A stretch of 63,085 nt of DNA, the filler included, from Collodictyon triciliatum (Eukaryota): NCBI GenBank assembly GCA_043381765.1. It is 13 parts of 13 records of this genome, joined end to end, with 100 filler letters (N's around TTAATTAATTAA, not from the genome) between each part and the next. Parts side by side here need not be neighbours in the genome. Positions count along the whole stretch, not along the records: positions 43,678 to 48,429 come from JBHJMP010005797.1; positions 48,530 to 53,280 come from JBHJMP010005798.1; positions 53,381 to 58,131 come from JBHJMP010005799.1; positions 58,232 to 63,085 come from JBHJMP010005800.1; 9 more parts are not named here. One strand, 5' to 3'. The notes below the pieces were generated by a model, which was not told the origin of the DNA, searched no databases, and was given only the letters and a program-made list of their open reading frames with translations. A program made the position numbers and the translations under genes. Shown here piece after piece: positions 47,264 through 58,623 of this stretch (positions are counted from its first letter, which is position 1; each line of letters starts with the position of its first letter).

Positions 47264-48529
47264 AAGAGACTGTCTGCGGAGTGAGAGCGGAGACTTTGGA
47301 AGAAGGTCGCTGTGATCGGGCTATGGGAAGTGAAGAACGCGGAGGAGCGGCGCGCTCGCTGATTAGCTCTGGAAAGAGTTCTCTTTTATGTCTTATGTTC
47401 TTGTTTTCTGTGGAGGTGTATACCAAGGCCGGTTTATGTTGTTAGACAAAGCTTAGCGCCTTCTGCGCACGGTTTATGTTCGACTTGCTGTGTCAGGGCG
47501 CAGAGTCCCAACGCCGTAAGATTGGGTAGATGTGTCGTGTGCAGGAAGGGTTTGGTTTGGTTATGGTGTTGGTGGCTGGGTATCTGCGAAACAGCAAGCG
47601 TCACGCAAGAGCAGCTGAGGAAAAGAAGAAGACCTTGGTGAACTATGCGCGAGGCTTGGAGTGCTAGCGAGCCTTGGCAATTATCTTCAGCTTTTGATAT
47701 CATCAATGCCCATCTTTCCTTGTTGTGTGGATAGGATTGCTGAGATATTGCGCAGTTCATCTGCCTGATAAAGGTGGGCGTTTTCACTCGGCCTTCTTGC
47801 GTTTCAAATCATAAGATAATGGTACGCGAGCGTTCTCACTTGAAGTAGCTAGGGGTTGGGAGTCTCATATTTCAGTTATTGTCAATGGATAGATTACGGC
47901 TCTTCCGTCCTAGGCCCACACAAACTCTGCTACATGGCTTTTCGATGCCAAGATTCTTTGGCAGAAAGCAGCTGTTCGCACGAAATGATTTATTTGACAG
48001 CTTGTACTCCAATCTAGCCAAGCCAATTAAGTTCATTTCCTGTTAATCCTGGTGGGGTTGTTCAGAAACTTGCCTGATTTATTTCAGACGATACTCGACC
48101 TCATATTTTTTTCTCGGAAGTATACTTTTCATGCAGATTTGTCAATTACATACAATTCTTATCGACCGTGAACGAAAACTAGACTTTTTTTTTTCATTCA
48201 ACGGCGTGTGCTTGGCGCCCACCAAAATAAAAAAAGTTTGCCCTTACAGCCATTTATTGGATCTCCCAACTTGTCACCTTCTCATTACTGATGATTGTGA
48301 TATTTTAATCACATTCTTGAAACAATTATCAATCAACCAACCAACCAACCAACCAACCAACCAACCAACCAACCAACCAACCAACCAACCAACCAACCAA
48401 CCAACCAACCAACCAACCAACCAACCAACNNNNNNNNNNNNNNNNNNNNNNNNNNNNNNNNNNNNNNNNNNNNTTAATTAATTAANNNNNNNNNNNNNNN
48501 NNNNNNNNNNNNNNNNNNNNNNNNNNNNN

Positions 48530-48650
48530 ACAAATCGAAAGCTAAAGCCTTTGTAAATCCAAAGAAATGCTCAATCCAGCTCTGAACCGTCCTGTCACCT
48601 CTAAAGTCGTAAATATCCAAACATCATTCCTTGTAAAAATGGGCGCAGTC
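48530..48650 (+). repeat. 121-bp exact direct repeat at the scaffold start
   Basis: Identical to 53160-53280, the last 121 nt of the same scaffold. Confidence 0.97.
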
Positions 48651-49230
48651 ACGGCGCTGTGGCATGTGCTGGCCTCATCCGTTCGCGTGTTTGTCTGCTT
48701 CTATTGGGTCAATAATCACCCCGAACGATTCGGCTGCATCTAAATGAAGTGTTGCCTGGTGCGTATCGTTTGAAGGCTGCTGCAAAGACTTCACCGTTCT
48801 GTCCCCACAAGACAAGCGTATGAACAAGTCCAGACACAAAGCTGCTCATCTGTGATGCAAACCTTCTATCTCTTTGCTCCCGTATTGAACAGCAATAAGG
48901 GAAGGGTATGAAAGATATTCGCGGTTCACCAATTACTTCCACCTCCCACAACGACATGACAAAAGTCTCATATCCCCACCACAAAGAAACACAGTCAAAC
49001 ACACACACACACACACACACACACAAAACAAAACAAAACTAAATAAAATCTTTGTGTTACAAGACTCTTGCTGGGTGCTGAGGTACATGTTTCTATTTGT
49101 GAGCACAATACAAGGCCGTAGACCCCAGTCCATCCAGAGAAAGACCGAGCTTTCGGGAGAGGTCGAGCGGAAAGAGATTGCACAAGCAAATCCTATGTTG
49201 GGTGATGAAGCATTCATGAAAACTGCAGAG

Positions 49231-49270
49231 CTTTTTTTTTATTCTTCCTTTCAATTTTGTGTAGGACAGT
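49231..49270 (-). mobile_element. Ultra-short insertion, family A, with 15-bp TSD
   Basis: Flanked by ATGAAAACTGCAGAG (49216-49230) and ATGAAAACCGCAGAG (49271-49285). Confidence 0.85.
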
Positions 49271-50662
49271 ATGAAAACCGCAGAGATGGAGTGGGAGAGG
49301 ACTTACCCGACAGTGATGTGAAAATATGAGACAAGAGTGCTGTGTAAATATTCTGAAAACCGCAGCTCAATACAAACGACGTTTAACACTCATGAGGACT
49401 GTTCTTGAGAAACACAAGAGTGGGATGACTTCGCCATTGTAGTTATCTATATTACTTTGGGTGTAGGCTGTTTGGCCGTGCTGTTTGTAAAAACAAAGGG
49501 CTTGTATCGAAAGAATGGAATGGAAAGGAAAGGAAAGGAAAGGAAAGGAAAGGAAAGGAAAGGAAAGGAAAGGAAAGGAAAGGAAAGGAAAGGAAAGGAA
49601 AGGAAAGGAATGGAATGGAATGGAATGGAATGGAAAGGAAAGGAAAAGAAAGGAAAGGAAAGGAAAGGAAAGGAAAGGATGGATGAAAAGAAGGTAGCAG
49701 AGCATTATGTGATTTTTAAAGGAAAGGACATTTTGATGCAGGAAGGTTTTTGGGGTTTGTCGTGAGCAGACTAGCGCGGGCACAAGAATAAGCGATGCGG
49801 ATTCTTCAAGAAGAGGCAGGACGGCGTGGGCAGGAGAGCGAAATGCAAGGGACGACTAAGAAGCATCGCTTCGATTCCACCCAAAGGATGCATCGACATC
49901 GGATTTAGAGTTTATTTGGCATCATCCTTGTTGCACTTGTGCCGCTACTTCTTGTCTTCCGCGCCTGTCATCCGCCATAGAAAACGCGTTTATGGGTGGA
50001 TATTTGCCTTGTAATCAGAGATATATGGAAGATTCGGTGAATTCATCCAAAAATAAGCCACATTCAACGCATTTGACAAGCTGTTCTGGTCTTTGCCTCT
50101 TTCCATGCGCTGTCCTTCTTTTGTTTATCCGACGCCAGAATCAAGTTGTGCTGCGGCGCGGGGATCGAAAAGCTGCCGCAGACCCGGGGCATTTGATTCA
50201 TTCATCGTTCTGAGAGGATCGGCAAGTTTGATTGCTCTTTTTTTGTTGTGTTGTTGTTTTGTTGTTTTGTTGTTTTGTTGTTTTGTTGTTTTGTTGTTTT
50301 GTTGTTTTCTTCTTTTCTTCTTTTCTTCTTTCCTTTTCTTTTCGTTTTTTTTTTGTTTTTTCTTCTTTTCTTACTTTTTCTTCCTTTTCTTCCTTTTCTT
50401 TTTATTTTTCTATTGTTTTTCTTCTGTTCTTACTTTTCTTCGTCTTTTCCTACCTTCTTGAGGAAGACGACCCCTCTTCTTTTCTCCGAAGTTATAGGTC
50501 GTACTTCATCACGTCCCTACTGGCATATATATATATATATCTCATTAACACCCTATTCGGTTTCTTATACAACGAATCGTTGCTTGATATATGTGGTGTG
50601 CATTTCGCTATTATCGTCTCAAGAAAGAAATTAAACAACCAAATGATTATCCAAAGCACAAG

Positions 50663-51752
50663 ATGAGCAAGCATTTGCCTCCCAACGATCCGAAGCAGCT
50701 TTCTTTTAGATGCCAGGTTAAGTCATATTTTTCGATGCCTCTTTCTTATTCTGCGCCCACTCTTTCTTATGTTATTTATTTACAAACTATTGTTTACATC
50801 CTTCCTTATCCAATTACCTATTGAATAGCTGTCAGCTTATATTTATACTACTTCATTTCATCATTCTAGTTGGTGATTTCTGAGAAAGGGGTATATAGGG
50901 AGCCGAAAGATGTGAACCTGGTTATAGGCAAGACAAACATATGCATTTCTGGAAAGGAGGTGTGTCCATAATATCATAGTAGCTCTTTAAGTTAATGTAT
51001 GACACCTTTTTATAATTTGCTGTGTATGATGCGTATCAAGCTCTCCAATTTTCACGTTGACAACTTATTCGTCATATGACTTTATATCAATCAGATGAAG
51101 ATGGAAATTCCACTCGCATCAATAGAAGATACCTCTGTATACCCTGATAACACCATGTTTACCATTCGTTATCAAGGCTCTTTCTTAATACACTTCCTAG
51201 TAGAAGATGTAACATTTTTTTGTTATTACTTAATCCCCTATTGGGCAAATCATTTTTCTTATCATATGGATACCCGAGTAATCCTTGGAACAATCGTATA
51301 TCTTCTCTTTTGAGATAAATGCCTTTTCATTTTATTATTTCTTAGGCCGAACTCATAAATAGTTCATATTTAAATGTGGTTAATGGCGATTGTGCTCTGT
51401 GTAAGTTTCTGGTGATCAATCATAGCGAATGGATACATCTTATTTTACTTTTTAGGCATTTATAAGTTTGAGAATCATGTTATTATTTTATTTTTGAAAG
51501 TACGGTCTTTCAACCCACTTTAATTTCTAGCGAAATCTCTCAGTCAGCAACATGTTGCAATTGACCCTATAAGCATTAGTGTATATGGTAAGCTTCAATT
51601 TATCTTAAAAAATTATATCGCTTTCTTGTTTTTGACTACATTGTGGTATACTTCACAAACATTTCTATGTAAGGTTCGTTCTAATACGATTTTTATTTAA
51701 TTTTCTATACTAGTGATTGAGGCCCGTAAATTATTACCAAAGGACTGGAATG
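50663..51752 (+). CDS. PH-like plus C2-domain protein, 5' part
   Basis: Exons read MSKHLPP...MEIPLASIEDTSV...ISVYVIEARKLLPKDWNG, the last being a C2 strand-1/loop signature. One junction is unresolved. Confidence 0.65.
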
Positions 51753-52007
51753 GTAGGCTTTAAAATTGAAATTCTCGATTCTATACCCATACTGTTTTTT
51801 TTTGTTTTGTTNNNNNNNNNNNNNNNNNNNNNNNNNNNNNNNNNNNNNNNNNNNNNNNNNNNNNNNNNNNNNNNNNNNNNNNNNNNNNNNNNNNNNNNNN
51901 NNNNNNNNNNNNGTTTTTGTTTTTGTTTTTGTTTTTGTTTTTTAAAAAAAAGCATATGTAAAATGTTCAACTGAATAATGAATTATTCTCACTATGAAAA
52001 CGAAAAG

Positions 52008-52478
52008 TCATCCTCCCTCGTAACTTGGAGCGTAATCCTAAGCCCCCAGCGCAAGCTTTTCAGCCAGTAACATTCCAGACATCTCGTATTTTAAATCCCG
52101 AGCGCGAAGCAAAATTAAGTGCTCTACTTAGCCGCATATACCAGGTTATGCAAAAGTCCCGGTTTATTCCCAAACCTTTTTTCCAGGACTACGATAGAGC
52201 TAGTGGGAATAGAGTGACAAAGTAATGAATTAATTATGTGTGTACCGTACGAGTTCATATTTTATTTATTGGAAACAGACTAAAATACTTGCTAACTAGT
52301 CTCTTAATAAATATACACACCACAATACATAATCAGGAGTCAGTTTCGGAGAGTGCTTGCCATGGGAAAGATACCAATTGCCGATGATGAGTTTAGCCTT
52401 CTGTTTGAAAAGTTTGAGGCGCTTCCTGACTCTATTGATTATGTATCATTCTGCAACTTATGCACATCAAATACTTAA
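52008..52478 (+). CDS. EF-hand protein, last two exons
   Basis: KPFFQDYDRASGNRVTK|SQFRRVL...SIDYVSFC, ending in TAA. Confidence 0.75.
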
Positions 52479-53159
52479 TCCATCACTGAATACTTTGTCA
52501 TGTTGCCCTTACGTTTTCTTGGCGGCAGCTGAATGAGAAAGAAGGAAAGAAGAAAAAGAACAGTAGTCCATTTAATCTTGTTTTCAATTTGACTATGTTA
52601 GAAATTAAAGTCATAAAAAGTATCACATTCAAAGCATCCAATGCATCAAGTTTGTATTTGGGGGCCAGTTGGTTAGAATCCGATATAAATATGCATGATA
52701 CTAGTAGAAGCACAATGATCTGTTTACCCCTCCCTTTTTTTTTTTCTTTACTGCTTGAGATGAGATAGCTGTAAATTAACTTGACATTGTCGGTGAGTAC
52801 GGTGAGCAACTGGATTGGTCAACCGGTAGGGTTGGGAAATTGCTGTGTTTTATTCTTAGTTTCTCGGTGACTATTATTCGCTATCATACGCACGATGCCT
52901 TGATTCTTGCGATTCCCCTACCAGTTCTTTGTCTTGGCCATATCCAGTATATTGTCTTTGAATGTTTTCTTTCTTTTCATCATATTCTTGATTCTGACTT
53001 GTGGACTACTGTCTTTCGAGCATCTCATCTCTATCCCCCCATACCACACTATCTACCATTGTGCTTCCCTTGTATCCTGTGTAATCATCGTACCGAATAT
53101 TGTAGACTATACACTTCTTTTTCAGATACTCAGGTTTGCTTGCACGCAAGGCGATAACG

Positions 53160-53280
53160 ACAAATCGAAAGCTAAAGCCTTTGTAAATCCAAAGAAATGC
53201 TCAATCCAGCTCTGAACCGTCCTGTCACCTCTAAAGTCGTAAATATCCAAACATCATTCCTTGTAAAAATGGGCGCAGTC
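53160..53280 (+). repeat. 121-bp exact direct repeat at the scaffold end
   Basis: Identical to 48530-48650. Confidence 0.97.
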
Positions 53281-53754
53281 NNNNNNNNNNNNNNNNNNNN
53301 NNNNNNNNNNNNNNNNNNNNNNNNTTAATTAATTAANNNNNNNNNNNNNNNNNNNNNNNNNNNNNNNNNNNNNNNNNNNNAGCAATATTCAGCGAACGGA
53401 AGAAATGCTGCCAAAAAAAAAAGAAAAAAAGAAAAAAAGAAAAAAAGAAAAAAAGAAAAAAAGAAAAAAAGAAAAAAAGAAAAAAAGAAGAAAAAGAAGA
53501 AAAAGAAGAAAAGAAGAAAAAGAAGAAAAGAAAAGAAGAAAAAGAAAAAAAGAAAAAAAAAGAAAAAAAGAAAAGAAAAAAGAAAAGAAAAGAAAAGAAA
53601 AGAAAAGAAAAGGACAGTTTCACAAACACTATTTGTACAAATCAGACTTGGGACTTTTGGCGGTCATCGCGCACAAACAGCGAAGGAAAGGAAGAGAAAC
53701 GGGACGAACCAAAACAAAGTCTAAAAGAGAAAAGGGACTTTGCAAGAAACAGCG

Positions 53755-55391
53755 ATGCTTCCGGATCAGTGGATCACAGACTTTACACGCTGCTGCGCGA
53801 TGACAGACACAATCATGGCCGACATCCACAACAGAAATCGCCTGCAGCAGAGTGGAATGAACGTGACAAAGAACAATTCGCTCCTTAGACGTTCTCTGAA
53901 GGAACTCGATGACAAGGTTACTGGGTTTCCCTCCTCCTTTCTCTTTTCTTTCTCCGTTTATGCTTTTTTTTTTCTCTTCATTTAATCTTTCGGCGCGTAT
54001 TCTTTCGAGCTGCAGCCCGACAATGACTGTGATTATTGTCTACTTAAACCTTTTCTGCTATTGTTTTTTTTTTTTTATTACTTTTCTATGTGCTGATGGC
54101 TTGATGGTTGATGGTTGAATGATTGAATGATTGGATGATTGAATGATTGGATGATTGAATGATTGAATGATTGAATGGTTCGATGTTTTATATATACAAT
54201 CTTTTCAATATTTCCCTCGTTTTATTCATATTATTAACTCAAATCGGGCGCGTTAAACATGCACCGCTTTTTTTTCCCATTGCATGGCTTTAGATTGAAG
54301 AATTGGACGACTCTGTGAAACTGCAGCTCAAAACGCTATCCCATGTGTGAGTGGTATACTTATGGTTTACATTCTGCAAATCAAACCGATTTGAATTGTG
54401 CCCCGCACTAACGTGATGTACACAGCACCGAAAAAGAAGCCATGCGGAGACAGGATAAAATGATGGATTTAAAGGTCCGTCGAGATGAATTAAGAATGCT
54501 TTTCCAACGAGACCCAGCACAAGGCCCCGGGTATACGAAAAATATTCTACAAGACTTTCGGCAACACACAACTTCAGCTTTATGCACTAGAGTTCTCTTT
54601 TCTTCATTAATACTGCTTTGTTTCTTTTGGGAATCGAGTTGATGCAAATGCTGAAAGCGCATCTACAATCAAAGGTTATTCGGGTCTCAATCAGTACCAC
54701 CAGCTCGCTCGTGGGGCACTCCCACATCGAATCCACTCCAAGAAACAGATGAGACACGGGACTTCAGTAGCGAAGAACTCGCTCAAATCCAAAAGAAAAA
54801 GATGGCTGGTTTGCCACACTTCTGTTTTTTTTTTTTTCTTCCTGTGTTCTTTGGCCAAATTGAACATTCACCAATTTTTAAAATTTTGTGTTATTATATC
54901 CACAGCAATACAACGCTCCGCTTTTCGGTGATTCGGTGCTATAATATATCACTTCTCCATGTTGACTTTTCATTCATTTTTTTTTTAACCAGAACAAGAC
55001 GAGCTCATCGAAAGAATCGGTCACTCTGTTTCCAGACAGAAACAAATCGGACTCGCTATTCATGACGAGCTTTCAGAGCAGAACAAAATGTTAGAGGATT
55101 TAGAGGCCAACGTCGACAATACGTCGAGCAAGCTGAACCGAGAGCAGAACAGAATTCAGCAGGTATTTCCAAAAAAAAAAAAAAAGTAACATCATCATTC
55201 AGATGTGGTATATACTGTCAATCAGTGATATTTCATAGAATTGCAAGATGCTAGCAGCGGATCATTTCCATTCCAAAAACTGAAGTTAATGATATGATTA
55301 GATTCTAAAAAAATCGAGTACAACGTGGTTGATGTGCTGTTTGTTCCTCAGCATCGTAATTTTCATCGTTGTCATTGCTCTGATTGCCTGA
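53755..55391 (+). CDS. STX8: Qc-SNARE syntaxin-8/SYP5-like, complete
   Basis: Six exons: N-terminal DQW helix, SNARE motif EQDELIERIGHSVSRQKQIGLAIHDELSEQNKMLEDL and a C-terminal TM segment. Confidence 0.88.
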
Positions 55392-55747
55392 TTTGCAATC
55401 AAGACTCATCGCATCGAATGAAAACACTTTTTTAGACGAACACAGAAACAAATTAGACAATTTTTATAAAAAAAAAAGCATGGAAATTATTGCTTTTGTT
55501 GTATCTTCTTTAACGGAGCCATTCTTTTGTAACATTTAATAAGTATTGACAATTCCACAGAATGAAATAACGTAATGTATATTAGTAAAAACAGCTGCAT
55601 CGACTAAAGGTATATCGAATTTGGAGGTCATGCTGTTTTTCTACTTCCTTCATTTTGATTGAAGTAGGTGATGCTTTTATATTCCACAGGCCCACTTCGA
55701 CTTTCCTTTCATTTTTTTTGTGTGTAAAATTATGATTTCTGATACAA

Positions 55748-58051
55748 TCATCGTAAATTGAAGAAATATTCGTTGACTGTCATGACCATATTCCTCGCGA
55801 TATCTGTGCAGCCAAAATATACAAAAATTAATGGGAAAATTATTGTTTATCTTTTACACGATGGGTTCATTTGAATACCATGAAAGGGTCAATGAGTATA
55901 ATAATTACTTGATAGAAACTGGAGCTTGGTTGTTTCATAGAAGCGGTCACACACAAACAGGAGCGGCTTCCTAATATTTCATATGATACTTGGCTTTTGA
56001 AACATGCATAATTCCGGAAAAAAAATGCTTATTCTCATAAATAGATGTGATACTTATTATTCTTATCGTGAATTCGAAAATACAGTGCCATATGAACAAT
56101 ATTCAACGCTGTTAAAGAGCATTATGTGTGATATAACCTTGTGTATCGCTCGTAAAAAGGGCTTCGAATAAGATATAATAGAATTTCTTTCTGTCTTCTG
56201 CTAATCTGTAATAAATGAGGCAATCTGAATATGAGCATTTATATTTTGTGCTTGTGTATTATTTTTTATGATTTTTTTAAGTCTTAAGGAAGATATGCTC
56301 GTTATAGCATTAATATTTTCTCGCCTCAATTTCCTTTTTTTCTTGCATCGAGCTGTTCAATTTGGCAGACTTGGAGGTTGAAACCAAACACAATGATAGA
56401 GATTCCAATACAATGGACACAAACCAAGCCTTCCATGATTTTCTCGTGTATTTGGAAATCACCAATGCTAAATGAGTGTGGAATGGATATCATGTTCATA
56501 ATCACAAACTTGAAGTCAATTCATAATTGACATATCGCGCATAATTTAAAGGTCTGTAGAGCAAACAAAACCATAAATAAATGGGCGCATGGTATAAATA
56601 ATTTCTCCTAATTCAATCTTCCGGTTGATGTCGATGCCACCATCCTACAAACATAGCAGTTTAGGAGATTTTTTTAATTTGATTTGATTATACACCAGTA
56701 CTAAAAGCGCGGATTGCTCACCTCATTTATTACTTCAGGTCTGATTTCACCCTTGGTCGTGAGATCAGAAATCAGTATAATAAACAACCTTTTTTTTTTT
56801 TTTTGTCGAGAGCACATATCATAATGTCCACAAGCATGCTTCATAACTTACCGATTCGGCATCACTGATACTTGGCTCCACTTCAACTTCTAGAAATACT
56901 TCCCATTTTTCCTTTCGCAATATACAATACCTTATCCACGCCCTGTGAATAGAAAACTGATGTTATTGCGATATTGCTAGGAGGAATTTTGAATACGTAG
57001 AGTCAGCCATGGCAGTCGATTATTGACATCGAATATGTCCTTGATGAAGCAGTAAAACATATGAGGACATGGCTTTTGTAAGCTTAAGAGAAGGGTCAAA
57101 TACTTTATTGCCTCCAAACCAACTATATAGAAACATGTATCTATTTCCCTGTGCATCAGCGGTTAGTTTTGATGAGGCCCAAAAATTCGCAATGTGTTTG
57201 TATAAAGGAGATTATAGTTGTAGATTTTTGGCGGTTGATTTACCTTCTCGACAGGATAATCTCGAACAAAACCTCAAATCTCGTGATATGATTCAGGGTT
57301 ATTGAGAATGGATTCCACCTTAAAATAAGAACAGCGAAGGATGAAAAATAAAAATAAAACTGAGGAATGCATATTGAAATGATTCAAAAAATTGATAAAA
57401 ATTTGAATCAATATTTTTTCAAATATATAGAAAAAATAAAAAAAATTACATGTATGTTGCAATATAATTATATATGGAATATAAAGCGGGTTACGAGGGA
57501 GACCGCTTGGATAAGCTGGACGAAAGCAGTAAATCATGATAATAGGATACAAGAGATATCCCTGACTGGGCTATAATTCGAAATACAATTGAAAGCAGAG
57601 ACACCAATCAGCCTGGTTGTACGTAAAAGAAAAATATATTCCACTCTTGCTGTATAGGTCTTAATGGCTGGATATTGAAATAAATTTATTTGTGCCTAAA
57701 CAAAAAAATTATAAAAATAATTGATGAATAATGAATAATGAAAAATGAAAAATGAAAAATGAAAAATGAAAAATGAAAAATGAAAAATGAAAAAGAATTG
57801 GTGTGAAAGTTTATATAATAGCAAACACTCTCAACCCAAAAAAATAAAGAAGGAAAAAGCAAATTTGGTGTGTATGCAGTTTGGAAAATAAGCGCACCGA
57901 GCTCTATGGCGACTTCAGCTTCTTCGAAGTGGTATGACGCCAACCAAAGGGCGGTATCCACATACTTTTCCGCTGCGCTGAGAGCCTCTCGATTTCGAAG
58001 CATAAAATCTGTATATGGCCGCAACATCTCTACTGCTCTGGCCGAACTCAT
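55748..58051 (-). CDS. PEX16: Peroxisomal membrane biogenesis protein PEX16
   Basis: Spliced motifs EVLFEI, LEAIKAWIR, GEIIYTMRPFIY, SWKAWFVS and ISRR...YLIRSPFYERYT match Pex16. Confidence 0.88.
56206..56324 (-). other. GC-AG intron in PEX16
   Basis: GAG|GCGAGA...TTACAG| joins EKKEIE to ISRRQ in phase 0. Read-through hits TAA. Confidence 0.65.
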
Positions 58052-58623
58052 CCAGGAAAACCTGGTTAACAAAGAAAAATAACAAAAAATAACAAAATAA
58101 CAAAATAACAAAAAACAAAAACAAAAAAAAANNNNNNNNNNNNNNNNNNNNNNNNNNNNNNNNNNNNNNNNNNNNTTAATTAATTAANNNNNNNNNNNNN
58201 NNNNNNNNNNNNNNNNNNNNNNNNNNNNNNNATTCCCAGGTCTTTGGTGACGCCCGGTGACGCACGCGACAAGCACCCGGCTATTCCCAAGACTTTCGAT
58301 GCAAGAGGTCAACCTTGGCTGTGGCCAACCCCGAACCGGTGAATTTCCAAGGAAGCACAAGCACACAAGTTCTGCACAAGTCGTCTTCTCTGAAAAATCC
58401 GCCGGCCTTTGCGGGATATTTAACCTCGTCTTGTCGAAATCCTTGCTCGTCTTTTCATATTTTCAAAGTACTTTTTGATCTCTGTGTGCACAACCCCACC
58501 ATCCTGACTCGAGTTATTCTGTCCTGTGTGATTGCCAAGTTCACTCATAAAACAAATAAATGATGTGTATTGTATTGACACACAGCTAGTCTACCCATAT
58601 ATACACAGACGGAATCTGTCCAG

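Noticed and set aside
47430-47950. Possible LINE ORF2 C-terminal relic on the minus strand (QQGKMGIDDI)
   Set aside because: Only one weak motif.
48639-49329. Possible small spliced gene with an ATATCCCC donor at 48970
   Set aside because: No consistent frame, branch site or recognisable product.
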